Assembly (NCBI GenBank): GCA_964304625.1
Contig: OZ199840.1
Coordinates: 10,984,341-11,048,340 of the forward strand
DNA length: 64,000 nucleotides
Reading direction: 5' to 3'
Source: Kudoa neothunni
Taxonomy: Eukaryota; Animalia; Cnidaria
The translations under genes and the position numbers were made by a program. Each line of letters opens with the position of its first letter. Within the stretch, counting starts at the first letter, position 1. Below are positions 53,823-64,000 of the stretch, one piece after another. Below the pieces are notes generated by a model. That model ran no database searches, was not told the DNA's origin, and worked only from the letters and a program-made list of their open reading frames with translations.

Positions 53823-55509
53823 CCTTCCAAGTGCCAGAAATTTACTATACACTTGACATTTGGTACTTTTGGGGTAAATTATGACCCCACAATTTTGTTA
53901 CATTATTTGAATTTAAATACATTGAATAAATTTTTGATAAAATTTAAGAAAAATCTATTGATGAATTCATATCGTATTTCGAAAAAAACATCTAAAGCGA
54001 GATGATCAATTTAACTGTAATTACTAAAATTTTCCTTTATTTATAATTTTTTTAATTATTTTTAATTCACATGAGTTAAATACTAGATGAATCTATAATT
54101 TATATTGGTGAAAATAAGTTCTTTTTAGTAAAATTAAGTTTTTACCAATGTAATAAATAATGCTTATATTGTTTGGATAAAATGATAATAAAACCAACAA
54201 TGTTAGAATAAGTTATTTAAAATGACAACAGTTAAAACATTATGACTAACAGCGTGCGAACAAAATAAAAAAATAACAAATGGCAAAAAATACGTATATC
54301 AACCAGAATGATTAGATTAATAACCAGGTAAATCTAGTTCGGTGTTTCCCAATCTTTTTTCCATCGTGTCCTAATTCGTTTTGAAAAAAGTTCTGTTCCC
54401 CGCCTTCGTCCAAAAAAATTGGTTTTTTACCTTAAACCATCTATAACTTTCAATCAAACTTCCTATCACATTAAAATATGGAAACAATTAATAAGCATTT
54501 CTTTTGACATTCAACTTAAAATTTATTCAATCAGTTCTAACTTAATTTATCGATCAACCATAAAAATTAACTTATTAATTCTTCACTTCGTCCAGATCAA
54601 CGCGAAATGAAACTCGTCATAATCCAACCCGCATCAAGCAAAACTTTAATGTATACGTGGTTTATAAATCGAAAATAAATAATTTATATATAAAATGATC
54701 AATGCTACATTAGGTTAAATCAAAAACAGGGGAGATTATGATTATAAATGAGAAAAGATTGAGATTGTTTTATAATATTCATAGTCATTTAAAAATAGTC
54801 TATATCAATAATCGAGGTATTGATTCCAATGTATGCCACATTGTCCAATTATTTCACCATTATTCATGTCACATAATTCCTCAGGAATATAGACGTCCCG
54901 TTAGAGCTGTTCATTAAGTGTTCAAAAATTTTTCCACGTCACGTCAGTGGGTCGTGGTTATTATGTTAAGAAGTACTGCCCTATACGATTTGGATTTCTC
55001 TACGGTCCATATTGCATTATATTTATCGTAATGCAAAGCTCAAATAACTACAATTTATCAGAATTATAATCTGATGAATCTGACTCAGAATCACTATATT
55101 GAGTATAATTGAAAATTTCACCACAGTCATTCTTAAAATCTGTGGAATATTCTTGGTCAAAACCATCCAAAATTCAAAATTAATCTAGTTCGTTGTCACT
55201 CGCATGAATGGGGAAAGGTTATTCCTTATTTTCTCCTTATTTTCTCCTTATTTTACCGACAGAATTCTACATAATTTTGAAATATAGTATTTACAACTTT
55301 TTCAAATTATTTAATGGAAAAAAACCTGAGGTAATATATGACCCAAAAGCACTACATGTAAAAAGTACCCATATCACATTATTAATTTAGATAATTAAAA
55401 ACTTTTTTCTCGCATTACATTAAGCATTTTTTTGGAGGAATAGCCGTAATACCAAACATTGTTGGCAGAAAATATTACATTAAAAATACATTACAAGATG
55501 CTCGGAAGA
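53823..55509 (-). mobile_element. Non-autonomous piggyBac-type element, with a possible hAT MITE at ~54340-54978
   Basis: TTAA|CCTTCCAAGTGC ... GCTCGGAAGA; subterminal GGGGTAAATTATGACCCC and GAGGTAATATATGACCC; relic of an acidic N-terminal region. Confidence 0.55.
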
Positions 55510-55697
55510 TAAATGAAATTCAAATCTTTCGGAGTCACTAGAAGTAAAAATTAAATTTAGAGATTTGTTATTATATTTATATTTTGTCTATAAGTTATTA
55601 TTAATAATGTTACAATTATTCGTAAAATAATAAGTTGTGTGGTTCGGGCGTCTTCCCTCCCAAATTTTTCTCGAAACTCGGGACATTATAAAATTTA

Positions 55698-58457
55698 GGT
55701 AGTGGCTATTACCACGGATCCGTGTAATCCCCACCTTCGAAACATGCTATTAACACGGGAATCAATTTCTCAGCAATTAGAATCCCTTTTAAATAACTAA
55801 TTTCACATTACTAATATTTATATTTTTCTCTAATAAATTATGGAAAATAAAGAAATTTGAGATGGTTGAAAATTTATGTAAAATAGACAGTCAGAAACAT
55901 AAATGTTAGCGAATTTAATAGACTAAAACAATATTAACGTTGAATTAATTATAAATATTAATCATTTCTAAATTATTGCTTTGAGCCATGTAGTGTAAAC
56001 ATAACTCCATGTGTTTTACGAATTTGATTGAACTACAATGAGTGATTCGAATTCAGACAATTTTCATGTTGGAATGAAATTTGAAACTTTTAAAAGTTGA
56101 AAAGTCATTTTGTGAATCTAAAGATTCGAGATTCAAGAAGAATTGACTCAGTGCAAAACCGGGTTAATCGAAATATTAAAAACACGCTAGTGTATTACGA
56201 AATAACTTACGTATGTTACTTTGGAGCCAATTACCGAAACAGAGGTAAAGGTGAAAGCATAAAAAAATTTCCTGGAGATTAGATCTTCTAACACTACCCA
56301 TAACCATCCAAATGATCCATGGATCTATGAAAACTTACCCATGTTTGATGCAATCTATAAACTGCTAGTCTCACGGTAATCTTAGGAGGTTTTCTCTATT
56401 TGGTTGTTTTATTAGTTTATTAGTGCGCCATTGTATCTGTCTGTTGCAGAAGACTCGGTTGGTGAAACCCACATAACTAGCGGCTGCATCTTGTACGATG
56501 AAACGGCGGAGTCAATTAAATTGTATATTTCTCAACTAATAAAAATGATGCCGAACATGACTCAAAATGTCCGAACGATCATTACTGACAAGCACCACAC
56601 TCTAAGGAAATGTTTGAAAGAATTATTTCAAAACTCCAATCTAATGATCTGCACATTTCATGTTTCTCAAAGTTTTAGACGGGAAATAGCTATGTCGAAA
56701 TATGGTATCACTCAAGAGAAACGGGACCAATTGCTTGAAACTCAATAAAATTATCTATTCGAAAAATAAACATGAATTCGATAAACTGTGCAATAATCTT
56801 TTTCAACAAAGCAGCGATAAGTTTACTAACTATTTTAAATCCAATAAGGAAACAATCGCTGATGAAGGGGTCATAGGATTAAGTGAAGCACATCATTTCT
56901 ATGAAAACTTGACCAATAATAGATTAGAAGCCATTTGCCTTCAATATAATCTACAAACAAATTCAAAATTTTGACAAAACCACTAATACAGATAGTTTAA
57001 CTACATCCATAAAATGCAATTGTTATATTTACAGATCGTATCTCCTTCCATGTAGTCATATTTCTAAAAAGAGAGCGTTTAACCTGCTTCCAATGTTCGA
57101 TTCAAATTTATGCCACCCTAGGTGGTCAAAAGATTACATGAGCCGATTATTTGAAATGGAAACTATAAATATAACACCAAAAGAGAGTATTACAATAAAA
57201 CCAAAAGGAATTTTTAATTCTTATGGAAAACGTTTAAAAAATTCTGTGATTTACACAAATAAGCTAGCAGCTTTGTCCGCTGAATATTGTGGGGAGTTTT
57301 ATGATAGTTGCCTATCACTATTCAACACAATAGAAAAAATAATCAAGAACCACGACATCAAATTAATAAAGAAAATAAATCAATTATGTATTTTAAGAAA
57401 ACTTAATTTTTCTTGATTTATTTTTAGGAAATCGCACCAATGAATATTAAATACTCTGAGGCTATAGCCGAAGATGAAGATATCTCTGAAGGAAGAGGTA
57501 TATGACGCTTAACTTGAATATTTTACTCGTATCTAACTTACAAAAAATAGATGTTATTGAGAATATTTTTAATTCTCAAATAATTGTTGAGGGTGTTGGT
57601 AATAATATTGTTCCGCAAGGTGAGGAGATTATCGAGAATATTATTGTTAATAATGTTTCAAATGAAAATGCTCCCGAGCTTCAAATTGTTTTATCTAAAG
57701 ATCAATTAGCACCTATTTTAAATATGATCGAGCTTGATGGTACTTTCATTTCCTTTCTTTTTTTAAATTATTTTAGCCTTAAAAGTTCCCTCTCAATTGA
57801 AGTCTGTTGGGAGACCAAAGGGATACGCTTTAACCACTATTGGATACAAAAAAAACTAAATTTTCTTAGATCTCTCATTATTTATTTGACTAGGATAGCC
57901 ATTGCTCATCGTGTTACATTTATCTAATTTCAGAAAAATGACCTAATTATGATTAATTTTTTCAAAATTTTTGTCAATATTGAAATCTAAAGAGGAAAAT
58001 TCACATCATTTCTGTGAAATATAATGAGCATATCTTATCTTGAAGTTCATAATTCATGAAGAGAATACAATAAATCACATAATTTAAACATTGTAAAGAT
58101 TGGAAATAAATTAAATAACACGAGGTTGAATATATCATGTAAAGGCGCGTGCTTCAAGAGTAATGTCAGACTTGTACAACAACACGCAAAATTCTTCAAC
58201 TTTAACCTTATTATTGACAGAAAATGATATAATACAATTTTGATCATGTATTAAATTAAGATTAATAAATATTTCATTTAACTATGGAAAGCGATCAATG
58301 AGATAAACAATATAAATATGTAAAAAAAGATATTCTCAATTGTTACCTATTTCTATAATTTAGTAGAGAAAAATATAAATAATAGTAATGTTAAATTATT
58401 TATTTAATAGAGATAACAATTGCAGAGAAATTGATTCCCGTGGTAATAGCCACTACC
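55698..58457 (+). mobile_element. MULE with both ends intact and a pseudogenised ZSWIM3-like transposase
   Basis: Perfect 9-bp TSD TAAAATTTA; TIR GGTAGTGGCTATTACCACGG; VRTIITDK, ICTFHV, TNNRLEA and SWIM finger CNC...LPCSH. Confidence 0.93.
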
Positions 58458-58949
58458 TAAAATTTAACCGTCCTAACTATCAAAACTGCGAACCATAATC
58501 AATGTCCGAACCCTCGCCCTCCGTCATCATCATTTCACATCACTAATATTACCAATGCACCATTTAACTAACTATGCTCGGTAAAGATAACAATAAGCTT
58601 TTCTAATTTATTTTAAATTTAATTAGTTACATTGTTGTTGCACTTTTTACTATAGAGTATAATCTACTATTACGTATAATACCGTTTTTTAATCAAAATC
58701 TGGTTTTTATATCCTAACGATCATATAATTTGTTTAAACTTTTGTAGTGGAATGTAAAGTGCATCAAGCTAATTGAAAGGATAAATTATAAGAATAATAT
58801 GATGAATTAAAGTTGGAATATTTAATAAGTTTAATTTTCCTTTTTTTGCAGACGCGTTGTTGTTTTTTCATTTGATCTATACTACGATGAAATAAAAATT
58901 GAATATAACTTTACCTAAAATACAAGTTTCCATAGCTGCTTTAACATTT

Positions 58950-59950
58950 CCATAAATTGGTCTTGGCTATTTCTAATATATTTTCTAATGAACATATATT
59001 TACCGAAATAACTAAAACAAATTTAAATAGATAAAATCTCCAATTATGTGTAAAAATAACCTCCTATACATATATTTTCTGGTTCCATTTAATGGCAAAG
59101 ATAATTTTAATTGTCGCCAGATAGATTTAATTGTATTGGTATGCATTCCATTTTTAGCAACGAAACACTTACTGTGATTTACAGTTCGATGTCTGCATAT
59201 CATGCTTCCAAGCAATTTATCAAATTTTGCGTCATCCGTAAATATTGTTTTCCCTGAATTTGATTATTTTCTTGGTCCTATAAAAAATATTTGACAATAT
59301 GTATTTTTTAATTAACGGAAGAAATGTGGAATTGTTTTTTATAGGAATAGCAAAAATTCGGTTGGTTCCACGTTCAATGCCACCAAACACCCAATGCCTT
59401 TCTATCCTCCGACCACGATTATATTTCCGTTTTCCAAATTTTGACTCATCTATCTGGACAATCTTGACGGGTCCTAATGATTAATCGTATATGATTGAAA
59501 TAATTGGTTGAGAATCAAATAATAAGATTTCTCCACAAAGGAATCTAAATTTCCTTCTCTAATCCACAAGAGTTGCAAAGGATCCTATGCATAAATCCGA
59601 TTGAATAAGTGAATTTTTGCAATTATGCAACCAGTAGTAAATCATTAAGAGTATTGTCTACATTGAAAAACTAACATAGTTATTAACAATATCTTTACTC
59701 TTAATTTCATGTTTGAATGTTGGAACAGGAAATTTAACCTTATAGAGATGAATTTTCTACATTTCTTATTGTCGCAGTGGCATGCAACCCTGTCGAACTT
59801 CATATTGGGCACTTTAACTAATTTTTCCGTTCCAGTAGTAAATTTTGTGCAAATTCCACTTCTGTTTTTAAAAGATTAAACCCAATCAAACACATTATAA
59901 GGTTTTCTTTATTTGAGGAAATCTTATATATTTACCAGTGTTAAAGACCA
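58950..59950 (-). mobile_element. Merlin (IS1595/ISXO2-like) transposase pseudogene
   Basis: GPVKIVQIDESKFGKRKYNRGRRIERHWVFGGIERGT and HRTVNHSKCFVAKNGMHTNTIKSIWRQLK. Confidence 0.9.
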
Positions 59951-60999
59951 TTGTAATAGCTTCTTTTTAATCATGTGTTTTGTCGTAACAACGCAAAGTT
60001 GTTTTCCTCGGGGAAATAGCGATTCCTAAATTTTTTATAATCAATATATAGAGGTTTATTATGCTCCGTTTTACGAGTTTATACTGTTATTTCTTTAAAA
60101 AACATCTTTCGGCAAATCAATTGAAAAATTTATCATATTTGTATGCTTATCATATTTATATGTTATGCTTATGTTAATATTATATTTATATATAATAAAT
60201 TGAATCTAATAAATAAACAAAGCTGTTTATATTTGGGTAACTAAACATAAATTTAAAGCTTATTAGTTTCATAATTGTTTTTAAAATTATTAAATTAGTA
60301 AAATACATAATCATTCTAATATTCTTAAAATTGAACATTTTAAAGATACAATAATCAATATATTATTGATACGATAATTTTTTATAATATGTAATTGTAT
60401 ATGTTTGTTAATTGCTCGATAACTCCATACGTGAGCAATTGTATTCGAATAAATCTTACATGCGTTACCAACTAGACTTGGTACTATCTTAATGATCTTA
60501 TTTTTCAAGTGGTTTCCAAATTTTTATAACAAATAAAATATGAAAAAATTAAATAATGTGTTTTAGTAAATTATATGTATGGTGTCAATAATATAATATA
60601 TATTCGAGATGTTAGATTTTTTAAATATTTAAATGCTTTTATTCTTTATTAAAATATTATTTAACTATGTTCAATTTCTGGACGTATTTTATGGTAAACA
60701 GAAACGTAATAAGGAACGATATATTTTTCATTATGTGTTTTGATATTGACATTTAAATGAATACGCTATCATAACGAGCGTTAGAACAATCTAATCTATG
60801 TATAAAAATTCATGAAACTAAAACACTCACCGATGCATTGTTTGGTGATATTAATAAATCAAGTAAAGAGAGAGCAGATAGGAAATTCGCAGAAATTATG
60901 GGGAACCTGACGTTACCTCTGCGCATATGCGGGGGTACCGCCAATTCTAATGCGGAGGGAATATTTTTATTTATTGCAACTAAAACAAATATTTGAGGA

Positions 61000-62805
61000 G
61001 TGACCTAAACAATTATATCTGTAACATTTCTGGCACCACTTATTTGTTTTTTACCTTTACTTCGCTCCCAGTACTCACATCTAGATTGGTTGGAGCTCAT
61101 AGGTGGATTCTATTTTGAATAGAGAATTTGCTTAGATGTTTTCTTGATGACTTCATTTTCGGACGAGTTTTTTGTCAATAAGGGATTGTAAAGTACTTCT
61201 GCCATCTGCTTCGAAAAATTACGCCTTTTGTGGTGCTATCATTAAAAATATCCTTAAATAATGCAAATGCGTTGATTAAAGATAAATCCACCAAGTTAAA
61301 AAACATTATTGGAGGGCACCTTCATGTGAATCTGCGTACAGAAGCCGACGTTATCGACTCCCCCTTTAGTTTCGTTATAATTTAGAATCACTTGTCACTT
61401 GTGGCTTGCACTTAGTTGACTCGTCGATAACAGAATCATCAGAAGTACCACTCATCAGCATGAATTTTTCGTAATACACAAATGTACTACTGTAGAGGGT
61501 TATTTTTCTTCAGGGAAGAAGACAAGGAGGTATCTCCTTTTTTTTCCGAACTGTTCCAAAGAAGGTAAGTTTTTGCTGCAATAAATTTTTCGCAAGGGAG
61601 AATGACGAAAAAAAATTGTCTGCTACAACATTCCTACCTGAATCGAATAGTGATGTTAACAGTGAAAGAACAACACTCCCACTCACCCCGCGTTGTCGTA
61701 TGGTTTCGCAGTTAGTTTTTCCGAGGTATGTGTTGATGTTACAGTCATAGGTTGCCATTGGGTCAACTAACAGAAAAAACTTCACACCATACTCTGCCGG
61801 TTTCATCGCCATATACTGTCGGAATGGGCACCTCCCTTTAAACGAAACAAGTTGCTAGTCTACGGTTACATCTTGGTTCTGGGAAAAACATCTGGGTTAT
61901 AGATCAATCCATCGATTCCATACATCATGGATGGGGCAAATTTGTCAACTTTTATTCATTCCAGTCGTGTATTAAAATCATCGAAATGGATCGTCCGAGC
62001 GATTTGAGTGAATCAAGCCTTCTGTATATCTCCTTTCCTTCTTTTACACTGAAGAGCCCACGTAAAGGCACTTGTCGGTCTTTATATGTAGCCATCAATA
62101 CGAGAAAACTATGGTAACCTCTAAATTCAACAAGATCTAAGTTAGTACAGTCTTCTTTAAAATGGTGTACTCCGAACTTGTTGGTAAATGAAAAAATTTG
62201 ATGACATATCATTGTCGAAAAACAGAAGGAAGCAATCTAGCAAGAATAGTACCTTGGACGTCGCATAAACTATAGCACCAGGAAAAAAATCATAATGTTT
62301 TCTTGGCATATTTTAGTTGTAGATGGCTTGGATAAGCTCCATGTAATGCCGCATTTTCTTGTTAACATACGTTGTTGTGTGCTTCCGGAATTTCAGCTTT
62401 ATCATCAGTAATTTCATTTTTTTCTATAATTTTATTCTTTAATTCGCTGCTAGATGAACATAAATCATCACAATACTCAGTAAGGCCGCTTAACCATTCT
62501 ATCAAATATTTAAGGCGTGCTCATTTATTATATTAGATAACTACAGTGCAGGCAAATTCATGTAATTAGTATTACTCATCCTTAATAAATATAGTCATTC
62601 CTATTATTTAAGCCAACAAAATCTGAGATGTTTTACAACCCAAAAGTGTTGGAGGGTATTTTTTATTTAAATTCGCAAACTTTTATTTATTACGGATTTA
62701 TTTAATAAAATTTAAAGATTAACGTAAACTTAGGGGATAGCTAGAATGTAAAGCCGTGGACAAAACTAATAAAGAAGATATGCCAATAATAATATTGTTA
62801 GAGGG
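61000..62805 (-). mobile_element. piggyBac (PGBD4-like) transposase pseudogene
   Basis: VTVD*QLVSFKGRCPFRQYMAMKPAEYGVK, RNVVADNFFSS, GTVRK, YNETKGGVD, FFNLVDLSLINA; GGG|TTAA end at 62805. Confidence 0.92.
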
Positions 62806-63389
62806 TTAATAGAAATGAGGCAAGTTGGGTGCCTTCAAACGCATGTGCAACTATATTACCAATTAAATCCTGAAATTCTATTTGATTAGTTGGGGGATTT
62901 CCTATTTTAGAGACGGAGTCCTATGAGAGGAATGGGCGTTTTTATTACGATACATAATGAACTTTTTGCATTTTAAAATATTTTACGCATTTTACCGATC
63001 GCATGTTTCTGACCACCCGATGATGAACCAGATAGAGTGGGATAACGATAGTGTCTCCTGCCACAACATTGGTGCATGCGCGGAGAATTAAAGGATTATT
63101 TTTATTTCTTTCATTTTGCGCGTTGTGCTGCGAACAATAAAACAAAAATCACTAATATCAAAACAATATATTTTTTCATATACGTTAAGTACATCAGTCT
63201 GTAATTGTAGTTAAGAAAATGTGAATTGTTGATATTACCATCTTGGACGATTTTATACCATTATTTTTGTAAAAGTAAAAGTTTGGAGGAGTTAATAAGT
63301 TTCTAAATTTGACTAGAAACATCTATTTAACAAATATCCTTTAATAATTCGCGTGAGTTCTTAACTGATTAAGTGCATTGGTATGGCGG

Positions 63390-64000
63390 ATAACACACAT
63401 AGATTCTTTCACGGCCGATTTAATGCATATTCTGAAATGAAACAATGTCTCAATGACTTTATAAAAGTATTTAATTAGAGAAACGTTGTATTTAAAAAAA
63501 TTAGAGTTCTGGATTTACATACAGAGTGGACAAGAGTGTCAAACTAAAGAACGATATCACAGAGGATGAAAACAAAAAGTTAATTTACAGATATATTAAA
63601 TATATTTTTCCCCATGGAGATAAAAACTCTAAAAGCAAATATTTAAAAGATTTCCAATCATCATTGATGAAAGGTTGTCCTGCATTCATTGTCATATCTT
63701 TTCGGGATGAGTCACTTAGTGTACTTAAATATGACATCACCCATAATCATCCTAAATATGATGTAAGTTATTACAAAAACAGTCAAAATGTGTCTCATGA
63801 ATTAAAAAGAACTTTGTCACAATGCTTCATTTTGGGTGCAGACAATAAACGAGTGAAAGAAACTCTCGAATCCGATCTCAATATTTCATTTAGTTTAAAA
63901 AAATACGAAATTTAAAGCATCGCATGAAGAAGGAATCCCAGGATTCGTTTGGTATGGATAATCTTACTAAAAAATACAGTGGTGAATTATTACTTGATGT
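63390..64000 (+). mobile_element. 5' part of a MULE/ZSWIM3-like transposase (runs off the window)
   Basis: YRYIKYIFPHG...GCPAFIVISF...THNHP is a FAR1/WRKY-like DNA-binding domain, paralleling the start of the 55698 element. Confidence 0.65.

Noticed and set aside
56431-57416. Domesticated host ZSWIM3 gene (likewise PGBD4 at 61-62 kb)
   Set aside because: Bounded by TIRs and a TSD and broken by stops and frameshifts, so these are dead transposon copies.

Overview
Very AT-rich eukaryotic, apparently animal, nuclear DNA using the standard code and GT-AG introns. Most introns are tiny (about 22-70 nt), but a few reach 2.4-5 kb and are filled with nested DNA transposons. This organisation suggests a reduced parasitic animal such as a myxozoan; that is inference only. 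Most track ORFs are exon fragments or noise, so gene models were spliced by hand. Host genes: a Fe/Mn-SOD homolog with active-site substitutions; SNF8/VPS22 head-to-head with a SNAPC1-like gene, with start codons 35 bp apart; an orphan type-I membrane protein; a HIRIP3-like gene; a large MEI1/PRD1-like gene; a secreted MINPP1-like histidine phosphatase; a 13-kb ADAM-like gene lacking Zn ligands and a transmembrane segment; and a type-I surface protein built from six 4-Cys FN3-like modules. The rest is mostly decayed DNA transposons (piggyBac, hAT, Tc1/IS630, Mutator, Merlin). Several genes between about 16.9 and 29.6 kb carry frameshifts that all resolve as +1 insertions, most likely long-read errors. 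No rRNA, intact tRNA or CRISPR array was seen. All family assignments come from remembered motifs, not database searches.
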